The notes beneath the pieces are model-generated. The model ran no database searches, was not told the origin of the DNA, and was given only the letters and a program-made list of their open reading frames with translations. From Vicinamibacterales bacterium (GTDB taxonomy: Bacteria; Acidobacteriota; Vicinamibacteria; Vicinamibacterales; UBA8438): 64,000 nucleotides of DNA. Of this stretch, positions 1 to 9,339 are shown piece by piece. The position numbers and the translations under genes were made by a program. Numbering within the stretch: the stretch's first letter is position 1; the number at the start of each line of letters is the position of its first letter. The stretch spans positions 4,371,686 to 4,435,685 of the forward strand of contig OZ242003.1 in NCBI GenBank assembly GCA_965204675.1. Reading direction: 5' to 3'.

Positions 1-106
1 GTTCGATCCATACCGTCTCGCCGTACGGTGACCGGTCGGCCGACCGTGCCCGGTACCGGCTCCCGCGCGGGCGCTCACGCCCAGGCCGGCCCGAATGTGG
101 TCGCGG

Positions 107-1903
107 TCACCAGCCGCACGAGCGGCCGGCGTTCTGCTCGTCGAGCCACGCCTGGAGGGGCGCGAAGTAGTCGAGGATGGCGGTGGCGTCCATCTCGCGC
201 TCGCCGGTGCCCAGCTCGAGGGCGTCGCGCCAGGGCCGGCTCGCGCCTGCCTCCAGCATCGCCTGCAGCCGCTGCCCCGCCGCGCGGCTGCCGTAGATCG
301 AGCAGCGGTGCAGCGGCCCCTCGTGGCCGGCCGCCGCGCACAGGGCCCGGTGGAACTGGAACTGCAGGATGTGGGCGAGGAAGTAGCGCGTGTAAGACAC
401 GTTGGCGGGGACGTGGTACTTGGCGCCGGGGTCGAAGTCGGCCTCGCTGCGCGGCGCGGGGGGGCTGACGCCCTGGTACGCCGTCCTGAGATTCCACCAG
501 CCGTCGTTGTAGGCATCGGGCGGGATCTCGCCCGAGAACACCTGCCAGCGCCACTGGTCGACGAGGAGGCCGAAGGGCAGGAACGCGACCTTGTCGAGCG
601 CGAGCCGCAGCAGCAGCCCGATGTCCCGGTCGGCCGGCGGCGCCCGGTCGAGCAGCCCGACCTCGACCAGGTACTCCGGGGTCATGGACAGGGCGATGGT
701 GTCGCCGATGCCCTCGTGGAAGCCGTCGTGGGCGCCGTCCCGATCGAGCGGCGACCGATGCCGGTAGGCGCGCTGGTAGTAGCTGTGGCCCAGCTCGTGG
801 TGGACGGTGACGAAGTCCTCGCCGTCGACGTCGAGGCACATCTTGATGCGCACGTCCGAGTCGTAGTCGACGTTCCAGGCGCTGGCGTGGCAGACCACGT
901 CGCGGTCGGGCGGCTGGACGAAGAGCGACCGCTCCCAGAACGTGTCGGGCAGCGGCTCGAACCCCAGCGAGCTGAAGAACCGCTCGCCGTAGCGCACCAT
1001 CTCGATCTCGCCGACGTCCGCGTCCTCGAGCAGCTCGGTCAGGTCGTACCCGGGGTCGGTCCGCCGGGGAGCGACCAGATCGAAGACGTTGGCCCACGTC
1101 TGGCTCCACATGTTGCCGAGCAGGTGGGCGGGAATCGGGCCGTCGGGGGGGACGATGGCCGAGCCGTACTCGTCGGCGAGGGAAGCGCGCACGTGGCAGT
1201 GCAGCGACTCGTAGAGGGGGCTCACCTGGTCCCAGAGCCGCTCGACCTCGCCCGTGAACGCGTCGGGGGGCATGTCGTAGCCGGCGCGCCACAGCTCGCC
1301 GAGGTCGGCGAAGCCGAGGTCGCGGGCGCCGGCGTTGGCCAGCTCGACGAAGCGGGCGTAGTCGTCGCGCATCGGCGGGGCCACCGTGCGCCAGCCGAGC
1401 CACAGGTCGAGCAGCTCGTCGGTGTCGCGGACCTCCGCGAGCCGCCGCTCGAGCTCAGGCAGCGACAGGCACGCCTCGCCGCCCTCCGGGCAGTACTCTC
1501 CCCGGCCGTAGGCGGCCTCCATCCCCGTGGTGATGGCCGCGAGCTCGGCCTGCCGCGCCGGGTCGGCGGGCGCCGCCACCCCCAGCGAGGTCTTCAGCCG
1601 CAGCAGCTTGCGCCGCAGGTCCTCGGGCAGCTCGACGCCGTCGAACCGCGCGGTCTCGGCGGCGAGCTCCATGGTGAGGCCGATGACGGCGGCCTGGGCC
1701 TCCGCCGCCTGCGCGGTGGTGTCGCCAGTGATGTAGGTGCTCTGGATCCAGGCCGCCCGCCCCGTCGAAATCCACGCGTCGAGCAGCCGGGCCTCGGCGT
1801 GGTCGAGGAACGCGCGGGCCTCGTCGGCGGCCGGCGGCGGGTCGCCGGCGCAGGCGACGGCCAGAACCGCGAGCACGCCCGCGAACCGAGTCATCCGTCT
1901 CAT
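107..1903 (-). CDS. M2-family (ACE-like, peptidyl-dipeptidase A) zinc metallopeptidase, probable lipoprotein
   Basis: HHELGH zinc motif, downstream [19 protein letters not shown] and [11 protein letters not shown] motifs typical of ACE. Start MRRMTRF at 1903 with SD GAGGAGG; hydrophobic signal ending LAVAC. Confidence 0.92.
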   Translation of the reverse strand: MRRMTRFAGVLAVLAVACAGDPPPAADEARAFLDHAEARLLDAWISTGRAAWIQSTYITGDTTAQAAEAQAAVIGLTMELAAETARFDGVELPEDLRRKLLRLKTSLGVAAPADPARQAELAAITTGMEAAYGRGEYCPEGGEACLSLPELERRLAEVRDTDELLDLWLGWRTVAPPMRDDYARFVELANAGARDLGFADLGELWRAGYDMPPDAFTGEVERLWDQVSPLYESLHCHVRASLADEYGSAIVPPDGPIPAHLLGNMWSQTWANVFDLVAPRRTDPGYDLTELLEDADVGEIEMVRYGERFFSSLGFEPLPDTFWERSLFVQPPDRDVVCHASAWNVDYDSDVRIKMCLDVDGEDFVTVHHELGHSYYQRAYRHRSPLDRDGAHDGFHEGIGDTIALSMTPEYLVEVGLLDRAPPADRDIGLLLRLALDKVAFLPFGLLVDQWRWQVFSGEIPPDAYNDGWWNLRTAYQGVSPPAPRSEADFDPGAKYHVPANVSYTRYFLAHILQFQFHRALCAAAGHEGPLHRCSIYGSRAAGQRLQAMLEAGASRPWRDALELGTGEREMDATAILDYFAPLQAWLDEQNAGRSCGW

Positions 1904-2019
1904 GGCGAACCTGCCTCCTCCGACCCCGACGGCAAGGCCGGAGCCGTGGGCTCTCCGCGGCCCGGCTCGCGCGCGCCTCGACCCGGCCGGGAGCGTGCGC
2001 CGGTTCCGGCGCGGGTTGA

Positions 2020-3351
2020 TCAGGGCGCAGATTCCTGCGCCGCCAGCGCCCTCTCGGCCTGCCATCGGTCCACGAGCCCGTCTCGCACGAGAATCGTGTC
2101 CGCCCGATCGGAGCCGGTCGAGACGATGGCGATCGGCACGCCGCTCAGGGCCTCGATGCGGCCCAGGTACGCCCGCGCCTCCGGCGGCAGGTCCTCGTAG
2201 CGGCGCACGCCGGCGGTGGGCCGCGACCATCCCGGCAGGCGCTCGTAGACCGGCCGGCACTCGGCGAGGACGGTGCGGCTACCGGGAAACTCGGTCAGCA
2301 GACGCTCGCCGTGCCGGTAGCCGGTGCACAGGGGAATCTCGTCGAGGCCGTCGAGCACGTCGAGCTTGGTGACCGCGAGCGCGTCGAGGCCGTTGACGCG
2401 CACCGCGTAGCGGACCACCACCGCGTCGTACCAGCCGCACCGTCGCGGCCGTCCCGTCGAGGCGCCGTACTCGCGGCCGCTCTCCCGAAGCTGGTCGCCC
2501 TCGTCGCCGTGCAGCTCCGTCGGGAGGGGCCCCTCGCCGACCCTGGTCGTGTAGGCCTTGGCGATGCCGAGGACCGAGCCGATGGCGCGGGGGCCGACGC
2601 CGAGGCCCGTGCAGATGCCGCCGACCGTGGCGTTGGACGAGGTGACGAAGGGGTAGGTCCCGTGGTCGACGTCGAGCAAAGTGCCCTGGGCGCCCTCGAA
2701 CAGCACGCACTCGCCCGCCTCGAACGCCCGCGCGAGGAACACCGACGCGTCGCCGACCCACCCCGCGAGGCGGCGCGCGGCCGCGCACACGTCCGCGTGC
2801 AGCGCCCGCCAGTCGGCCGCCGCTCCCCCCAGCGCCTCGTTGCGGGCCGACACGTTCGCGCGGACGGCCGAGGCGAGGGCGCCGTCTTCCGACCCGTCGG
2901 CGAGGTCCGCCGCCCGGATGCCGCGGCGCCCGACCTTGTCCTCGTACGACGGCCCGATGCCGCGCGACGTGGTGCCGATGCGCTGGTCTCCGCGCCGCGA
3001 CTCCGACAGCGCCTCGAGGTCGCGGTGGTAGGGCAGGATGACGTGGGCCCGGTCGCTGATGAGCAGCCGGCCGCCGACCTCGATGCCCTGCGCCGCCAGG
3101 GTGTCGATCTCGGTGAACAGCGCCTGCGGGTCGATCACCACGCCGTTGCCGATGACGCACCGCACGCCCGGATGCAGGATGCCCGACGGCAGCAGGTGCA
3201 GAATGAACTCGGTGCCGCCCACCCGCACCGTGTGGCCGGCGTTGTGGCCTCCCTGGTAACGCGCCACAATGGACGCGTTGGGGGTGAGGAGGTCGACGAT
3301 CTTGCCCTTGCCCTCGTCACCCCACTGCGCACCGATGACGGCGATGTTCAC
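2020..3351 (-). CDS. purA: adenylosuccinate synthetase
   Basis: GAQWGDEGKGK, GGHNAGHT, GTTSRGIGP, EGAQG, TGRPRRCGW motifs; GTG start with AGGAAG upstream. Confidence 0.97.
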   Translation of the reverse strand: MNIAVIGAQWGDEGKGKIVDLLTPNASIVARYQGGHNAGHTVRVGGTEFILHLLPSGILHPGVRCVIGNGVVIDPQALFTEIDTLAAQGIEVGGRLLISDRAHVILPYHRDLEALSESRRGDQRIGTTSRGIGPSYEDKVGRRGIRAADLADGSEDGALASAVRANVSARNEALGGAAADWRALHADVCAAARRLAGWVGDASVFLARAFEAGECVLFEGAQGTLLDVDHGTYPFVTSSNATVGGICTGLGVGPRAIGSVLGIAKAYTTRVGEGPLPTELHGDEGDQLRESGREYGASTGRPRRCGWYDAVVVRYAVRVNGLDALAVTKLDVLDGLDEIPLCTGYRHGERLLTEFPGSRTVLAECRPVYERLPGWSRPTAGVRRYEDLPPEARAYLGRIEALSGVPIAIVSTGSDRADTILVRDGLVDRWQAERALAAQESAP

Positions 3352-3546
3352 GCTCTTCCTCGTCCTGTGAAAGCCGGCCGCCGGGCCCCTGCCGTCGAAC
3401 CTGGTGCCGCGGGGCGGTCCGGTTGCCGGCGCCAAACGACCGATCGTAGCAGAAGGACCCGAGAGGCGCATCCGTCGAACGGCGAGCCGGGAGAACACGC
3501 CCGGGGGGCGCGGCGTCAGCGGCGTCGCCCGGGGGAAAGGGAGCGG

Positions 3547-4605
3547 TTGACTGCACGGCCCGCGACGGAACGACGGGTCCTCGCGGCCCTCGACGCGACG
3601 CCGCCGCGCCTGCCCGTCGTCGTCGGCGGCTGCGGGGGCGGCCGCACGTCGCTGCTGCAGCGCCTGCAGGAACGGCTCGGACCCGCGACGGTGCTCGTCG
3701 ACCTCGAACGGGTCGCCACGACGCCCGAACGCTGTCTGTCGGCGGTGCTCGGCGCCCTGCGCGGGCACGCGGAATCCGGGGGCGGCGGCGGGGCCGCGCC
3801 GGACGCCCCGCGGGCCGCGTTCGACCGTCTCTGCCGTCTCTTCGCCCGTGCCCGGGGGGCGGGCGGCGGTCCGGTCACGTTCCTCATCGACGAGATGCTC
3901 GAGGTCCGCACGTTCGAGAGCTTCCCCGGGCTGCGAGGCGCCTTCGCGATGTTCCGGCGGTCGCTCCATGACAGCCCGAACCGGTTCGTCCTCACGACCC
4001 GGTTCGCGGCCCGCACCGTGCGCCTCTTCCGCGATGCCCCCGGTCCGTTCGAGCTCGTCCATCTCCCGCCGCTGACGACGGCCGAGGTGCGCGCGGCGCT
4101 CGCCGGCCTCGGCCTCGACGGGGCGGAGCACCGGCGGCGCGACACGGCGGGACTCGTACACGCCCTGACGGGGGGGCGCCCCCGATACGTCCGCCTCCTC
4201 GCGGAGGCCGCGGCCGCGCACGGAGGCGACCCGGTCGACGCCCTCGCCGCCGGGATGCGGCACGGCGCACACCTCGCCACGGCGTGCCGGCTCTCCTGCG
4301 AGGCGAGGCTGCACCGGGCGCGCGGCCGCGGGGCGCTCCGCGCCATCCTCCACGTCCTCGCGGACGACGAGCCGCTCACGTTGACCGAGGTCGCCGCCCG
4401 CCTGGGACGCACGCCGGGGGCCGCCCGCGACTACCTGGCCTGGCTGGAGGACGTCGACCTGATCGAGGCATCCGGGAAGCGCTACCACTACGTCGACCCG
4501 CTGCTGCGGCTCTGGGTGCGCCTGCACGGGCAGGCGGCTCCCCCGGACGACGACACGCGGTCGCGCGGCGTGCGCGAGTACGCGGCCGCCCGCGTCGCGC
4601 TCTAG
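3547..4605 (+). CDS. P-loop ATPase-like protein with C-terminal winged-helix (putative regulator)
   Basis: Walker A-like GGCGGGRT (K->R), Walker B FLIDE, C-terminal LTLTEVAARLGRTPGAARDYLAWLEDVDLIE wHTH; TTG start after GAAAGGGAG. Confidence 0.7.
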   Translation: MTARPATERRVLAALDATPPRLPVVVGGCGGGRTSLLQRLQERLGPATVLVDLERVATTPERCLSAVLGALRGHAESGGGGGAAPDAPRAAFDRLCRLFARARGAGGGPVTFLIDEMLEVRTFESFPGLRGAFAMFRRSLHDSPNRFVLTTRFAARTVRLFRDAPGPFELVHLPPLTTAEVRAALAGLGLDGAEHRRRDTAGLVHALTGGRPRYVRLLAEAAAAHGGDPVDALAAGMRHGAHLATACRLSCEARLHRARGRGALRAILHVLADDEPLTLTEVAARLGRTPGAARDYLAWLEDVDLIEASGKRYHYVDPLLRLWVRLHGQAAPPDDDTRSRGVREYAAARVAL

Positions 4606-4752
4606 GAGCCCGTGGTGAGACCGCGCGTTTGCGTCGCGCCCGAAGGGCGCCAGCGAACAGTCGAGGCGCCCCGCTGGCAAAGGCGCGACGAGGGCGCATT
4701 TCGGGCATATGCAACCGAGGAGCAACGCAGCCAGCCGGCGTGCATCGCCGCC
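4602..4752. mobile_element. MITE-like repeat family A, copy 1 (one end missing)
   Basis: CTAGGAGCCCGTGGTG...GAGGGCGCAT..GGGCATATG.AACCGA.GA.CAACGCAG.CAG..GG..TGCATCGC aligns with the reverse complement of 27486-27651. Confidence 0.75.
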
Positions 4753-4823
4753 TGCGGCTCCGCTGGGTACCCCCCAACCCTCCAGAAGCCCGCGCCGTTC
4801 TACGGCGCAGGCTCCCCCAACCC
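4753..4823 (+). repeat. REP-like repeat family B, copy
   Basis: CCCAACCCTCCAGAAGCCCGCGCCGTTCTACGGCGCAGGCTCC hairpin, also at 30025, 45861, 47051 and 53031. Confidence 0.7.
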
Positions 4824-5768
4824 ATCGAGGGCCGCGAGCGCCCGCTCGGCCGCGCACTGCTCCGATTCCTTCTTGCTGCGGCCCTCGCCCCGGGCCAGCG
4901 CCTCGTCTCCCACCCGGATCTCGGTCTCGAAGACGCGGCGGTGGGCGGGACCGCTGGTGCCCACGAGCTCGTACCGCGGCAGGCCCCGGTCCTGGGACTG
5001 CAGCCGTTCCTGCAGCGCCGACTTGTGGTCCCGGGTCATGCCGGGCGAGACCCCGCCGGCGCGGACGGCGTCGAGCTGGGGCCTGAACCACAGCTCGACG
5101 AACCGGTCCGCCGCCTCCACGCCGCCGTCGAGGTACACCGCGGCCACCACCGCCTCGAACGTATCGGCGATCAGCGACCGCTTGGTGCGGCCGCCGGTCC
5201 TCTCCTCGCCGCGCCCGAGGAGGAGATGGTCGCCGAGGCCCAGCCGTTCGCCGACCCGGGCCAACGCGACCGACGAGACGAGCGCGGCCCGCGCCTTCGA
5301 CTTCTGCCCCTCGTTCCAGTCCGGGCACTCGCGGAACAACCGGTCCGAGATCACGAACCCGAGCACCGCGTCGCCGAGGAACTCGAGCGACTCGTTGTCG
5401 CGGACGCCGCCGCTGGCGTCCTCGTGGGCGCGAGACCGGTGGGTCAGGGCGTGCTCCAGCAGCCCGGGGTCGCGGAAGCGGTATCCGAGCGCCTCCTCGA
5501 CGGCGCGGAACTCGTCCCGGATGCGCATCACCCGGTCGGAGACCTGCCGGCCGAACTCGGCGATGAGGCGGCGGGCGCGTTCGGCCTGCTTCCCGCGCAC
5601 GGTCAGCCGCACCTCGCCCAGGCCGCTGACGGTGAGGGGAAAGATGGCCTGCGGCGCCCCCGACGAGACGACCGCCTCGATGCCGCGGGTCTCGAGGAGC
5701 CCGCTCACCACGTCGGCCTCGATCGTCGACTGGGTCCGGAACACGACCTGCGGATCGGAATCGCTCAC
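4800..5768 (-). CDS. rnc: ribonuclease III with an extra N-terminal DUF2007-like domain
   Basis: Signature NESLEFLGDAVL, ADTFEAVVAAVYLDGG, dsRBD DHKSALQE...GRSKKESEQCAA. About 75 aa N-terminal extension (EADVVSGLLETRGIEAVV...GEVRLTV). GTGA overlap with the upstream stop. Confidence 0.93.
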   Translation of the reverse strand: MSDSDPQVVFRTQSTIEADVVSGLLETRGIEAVVSSGAPQAIFPLTVSGLGEVRLTVRGKQAERARRLIAEFGRQVSDRVMRIRDEFRAVEEALGYRFRDPGLLEHALTHRSRAHEDASGGVRDNESLEFLGDAVLGFVISDRLFRECPDWNEGQKSKARAALVSSVALARVGERLGLGDHLLLGRGEERTGGRTKRSLIADTFEAVVAAVYLDGGVEAADRFVELWFRPQLDAVRAGGVSPGMTRDHKSALQERLQSQDRGLPRYELVGTSGPAHRRVFETEIRVGDEALARGEGRSKKESEQCAAERALAALDGLGEPAP

Positions 5769-8062
5769 GGGCGGCTCGCGGGCGGCGGGAGAGACGGCGC
5801 ATCCCCGACCCGGAGGAGGACGATGGTCATGTCGTCGTGCTGCTCCGCGGCCCCGGCGAACGCCTCGACGTCGCCGAGAACGCGCTGCTTCAGGTCGTCC
5901 GACGACAGGTGGATCTGCTCGGTCAGGGTGCGGCCGAGCCGTTCCTCGCCGAAGAGATCCGATTCCTCGTTCATGGCCTCGGTCACGCCGTCCGTGAACA
6001 GGGCGACGAGATCGCCGGTCTCCAACGCGAAGGACGACTCTTCCAGGAGCTCGGCGAACTTCTCCTGGACGCCGTCGATCTGCAATCCCACCACCAGCCC
6101 GTCCGGGGCCAGCACCCGGGGCGTGCGCGGTCCCTCCGGCGAGAACGGCACGTGGACCAGGGGGGTATGGCCTGCTCGCGCATAGGTCAGGCGGCGGGCC
6201 GCGAGGTCGAGGACGGCATAGGTCATGGTGACGAAGGTGCGGCCGTCGAGGGTCGCGGACAGAATGCGGTTGACCTCGATGAGGAGCTCCCGGGGGCTCT
6301 GGTGGAAGCGGCTCAGCGACAGCACCACGCCCTTGAGCTCGGCCATGTAGAACGCCGCCGACGTCCCCTTCCCGGAGACGTCGGCCACCAGCACCCCCAG
6401 CCGATGCTCGTCGAGCCGGATGAAGTCGTAGTAGTCGCCGCCGACCTCGCGCGCCGGCCGGCAGGCCGCCGTCACCGCCAGCCCCGGCACGGAAGCGGTC
6501 CCCTCGGGAAGCAGCGACATCTGGATGTCCCGGGCGATCCGCAGCTCCTCCTCGAGACGGCGCTTCTCCGCGGCCTCGGCCATGAGGTCCGCGATGCTGC
6601 CGGTCATCGCGTTGAACGACTCGGCCAGCTCGCCGAGCTGGTCGTCGGTGTCGACCCGGATGCGATGCTTGAGATCGCCCTGCCGGACCCGTTCGGTGCC
6701 GGTGAACAGCTCGTGCACCGCCCCGGTGATCGACCCGGCGAGCGCGAAACCCATGACCATGGCCGCCGCCTCGATGGTCAGGAACATCACCCCGAGCAAC
6801 ATCAGCACCCACACGAAGACGTTGACGGCGAACTCGCCTCCCTCGACGACCTCGCGGTAGAACACCATGGGATGCACGGTGAAGTCCACTTGGCCGCGCG
6901 CCCGCCGGCCCGTGGACCAGTCGAGAAGATCGACACGGGCCCCAGCGGGCAGGTCGAGGGTCGGGGCGCCATCGGGAGCCGGCGCCCCGAACGAGAACCG
7001 GAGCGATTCGAACGCGGCGGCGGCGGGGCCCGCGTCCGCACCGCCGGGGCCGGCCCCGGCCCCGCCGACGGTCGGGGCGACGCTGAAATCGGTGAGCGTG
7101 ACGCCGCGGGAGGCCTGCATGCGCCGGGTGACTTCTCCCGCGATGGGAAGATCGGCGACCACCGCATAGACCGGCCCGTCCTCGTCGAACCGCTCCACGC
7201 CGCGCGCCACCACCGTCCAGCCCGCCCGGCCGCGCGTCACGACGAGCCCGCCGGCATTGCGGGAGGGGCCGTCGGAAGCGTCGGCGAGCCCGCCGGCAAC
7301 GGGGGCGGCGCCGTCGTCGGGTGCGTCGCCCGGCCCGCCCGCATCGGGGGGGGCGCCGAGCCAGGCGGGAAACCGCAGATCGCGCGAGTCGTGGCGCCAC
7401 GGCCCGGCGCCGGCGGCGCGGTCGCGGCCCGCCTCGTTCCACAACACCGCGATGGAGGCGTCGGGATAGCGCTCCTCGACCGCCTGTACCCGGCCCGCCA
7501 GCACCGCCCGCACCGCCGCCGGCTCGACGAGGCCGCCCAGGTCGACGGCGGTCATGGCCGCGAGCTCGTTCGCGTCTTCCATCACGTCCGAGAAGCTGAG
7601 CTGCACGAGCGAGGAGCTGACGAGCATCAGCAGCAGCACGCCCGACACGAGGAAGAACACCACTGAGAGCAGGATCGGCACGAAGCCGATCAGGACGTAG
7701 GACAGCACGAGCCTCCGCCGCACCCGCCACAGGAAACGCTGCTGCAGCCGGTTCAGCATCCGCACGAGCAGGTAGCCGAGAGCGGCCACGAGGGCCAGGG
7801 TCCCCGCCGCATCCAGGACCCGCAGCCACCCCGAGCCGGCGCCGCCGAACAGCGCGATGCACGCCCTGAGAACGAGGACCGCGAGGATCGTGAGGCCGGG
7901 GCCGGAGGCGGCGAAGAGCTCCGTCACCTCCCCGAGCGCATCGACGGCGGCTCGCAGGCGTCCGCGTCCGCCGCCGGGTCCGCGGGCCGCGCCGGGAGGC
8001 GCGGGAGGCGGTGGAGCGGCGGTACTTTCGGTAAGGCGGGGCGCCGGCGCCTGCGAAGCCAT
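5765..8062 (-). CDS. membrane HAMP + PP2C/SpoIIE (RsbU-like) Ser/Thr phosphatase
   Basis: TM segments, HAMP (DQLGELAESFNAM), EELRIARDIQMSLLP, VGGDYYD, ADVSGKG, FTDGVTEA, DDMT motifs. Start uncertain. Confidence 0.9.
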   Translation of the reverse strand: MASQAPAPRLTESTAAPPPPAPPGAARGPGGGRGRLRAAVDALGEVTELFAASGPGLTILAVLVLRACIALFGGAGSGWLRVLDAAGTLALVAALGYLLVRMLNRLQQRFLWRVRRRLVLSYVLIGFVPILLSVVFFLVSGVLLLMLVSSSLVQLSFSDVMEDANELAAMTAVDLGGLVEPAAVRAVLAGRVQAVEERYPDASIAVLWNEAGRDRAAGAGPWRHDSRDLRFPAWLGAPPDAGGPGDAPDDGAAPVAGGLADASDGPSRNAGGLVVTRGRAGWTVVARGVERFDEDGPVYAVVADLPIAGEVTRRMQASRGVTLTDFSVAPTVGGAGAGPGGADAGPAAAAFESLRFSFGAPAPDGAPTLDLPAGARVDLLDWSTGRRARGQVDFTVHPMVFYREVVEGGEFAVNVFVWVLMLLGVMFLTIEAAAMVMGFALAGSITGAVHELFTGTERVRQGDLKHRIRVDTDDQLGELAESFNAMTGSIADLMAEAAEKRRLEEELRIARDIQMSLLPEGTASVPGLAVTAACRPAREVGGDYYDFIRLDEHRLGVLVADVSGKGTSAAFYMAELKGVVLSLSRFHQSPRELLIEVNRILSATLDGRTFVTMTYAVLDLAARRLTYARAGHTPLVHVPFSPEGPRTPRVLAPDGLVVGLQIDGVQEKFAELLEESSFALETGDLVALFTDGVTEAMNEESDLFGEERLGRTLTEQIHLSSDDLKQRVLGDVEAFAGAAEQHDDMTIVLLRVGDAPSLPPPASRP

Positions 8063-8100
8063 GGGAGGGCGGTGCCGATGTTAGCAGAACGCGAGGGCGG

Positions 8101-8451
8101 TCACGCCGAATCGGGGCCGACGGACGGCTCTCCGGTCGCCTCGGCGACCCAGGCGAGGTACCGCGGATCGCCGTCCACCACCGGCAACACCACGAGCTCG
8201 GGCGTATCGTAGGGGTGCAGCTCGCCCACGCGCCGGCGCAGCAGATCGACGCGGGCCCGCTGCGTCTTGACGATCAACTGGCGCTCCCGCGCCTGCTCGA
8301 CCCGGCCCTGCCAGCGATAGACGGACTCGACGTCCCCCAGGATGTTCACGCACGCCGCGCAGCCCTCGGCGACGAGGGTCGACGCGAACCGCCGGACGTC
8401 GCCGTCCATCGGAAACGTGATCAGGACCACGACCGCTTCGGAAGACGTCAC
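8101..8451 (-). CDS. cutA: divalent-cation tolerance protein CutA (PII-like)
   Basis: AACVNI..V.SVYRWQG, LIVKT, LHPYDTPE, YLAWV motifs. Confidence 0.92.
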   Translation of the reverse strand: MTSSEAVVVLITFPMDGDVRRFASTLVAEGCAACVNILGDVESVYRWQGRVEQARERQLIVKTQRARVDLLRRRVGELHPYDTPELVVLPVVDGDPRYLAWVAEATGEPSVGPDSA

Positions 8452-8529
8452 GCCCCCTCCCGCACTTCCGCGGGGCCGACCCGCCGGAAGCTAATCCCCG
8501 CCCCGGTTTCGACCGAGACATTGAATGGC

Positions 8530-9123
8530 ATGCCTCATGCGGCACGACGACCGTCCCGACCCCAGCGCCGCCCGGAGGCCGGATCCCGGTCTCGGGGACG
8601 GCCCGCGCAGCCGGCGCTTCCCTTTTCCGGCCCCGATCAGGCCGACGTTCCGCCGGTGCGCCGCGGCGAGGGCCACCCCTGGCAGAGGCGGCACCTCACG
8701 CGCCTGCTGTTCAGCCTGCTGACCGCGATCCTCATTGCGAACGCGCTCGTCGGCGATCGGGGGCTGCCGGCCAACCTCCGGATTCGGCACGAGCACCGCG
8801 AGCTCGAAGCCGCCATCGCCGACCTGCGCGCGACGAACCGGCGACTTCAGCTCGAGGCCCAGCGCCTTCGCAACGATCCGGCCGCGATCGAGGAGCTGGC
8901 GCGCCGGGAGCTCGGGCTCGTCCGGCCCGGTGAACGGCTGTTCATCGTCACCGACCGCCGCGCCCCGGCCCCGGTCGAGGACCCGGCCGGCCGGCGGCTC
9001 GCCTCGAGGGAGCCGACGGCCGGGGCCTTGCTCGCATCCAATCGGTCTGGTATGATAAACGAACCAACGGGGACGGAAGTTGCAGTCGGTCGACCTCGGT
9101 TGGCAAACGACTCACTCGATTGA
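8530..9123 (+). CDS. ftsB: septum formation initiator FtsB/DivIC family protein with extended termini
   Basis: TM helix, GDRG, coiled coil, LRNDPAAIEELARRELGLVRPGE. Start uncertain. Confidence 0.8.
   Translation: MPHAARRPSRPQRRPEAGSRSRGRPAQPALPFSGPDQADVPPVRRGEGHPWQRRHLTRLLFSLLTAILIANALVGDRGLPANLRIRHEHRELEAAIADLRATNRRLQLEAQRLRNDPAAIEELARRELGLVRPGERLFIVTDRRAPAPVEDPAGRRLASREPTAGALLASNRSGMINEPTGTEVAVGRPRLANDSLD
9028..9056 (+). promoter_or_regulatory. sigma70-type promoter for tRNA-Met
   Basis: TTGCTC-17 nt-TATGAT, 67 nt upstream of the tRNA. Confidence 0.55.
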
Positions 9124-9200
<77 letters not shown>

Positions 9201-9206
9201 AATACA

Positions 9207-9237
9207 GAACGGGCCGGCATCGCATGCCGGCCCGTTC
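9207..9237 (+). terminator. 14-bp perfect hairpin after the tRNA (terminator or processing signal)
   Basis: GAACGGGCCGGCAT-CGC-ATGCCGGCCCGTTC; no long U tract. Confidence 0.55.
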
Positions 9238-9339
9238 GCGTGTACGGGCCTCCCCGGGTCAGGCGACCGGACACGGGCGGGCACGAGCGGGGCACGGCGT
9301 GCGGGAGCGGCGGCCGCCCGACAGGAGCGGGGGACGAAG

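Noticed and set aside
2020-5802. 1260-aa ORF suggesting a giant PurA fusion
   Set aside because: Only 2020-3351 is PurA; the rest is a stop-free GC-rich shadow frame overlapping real genes.
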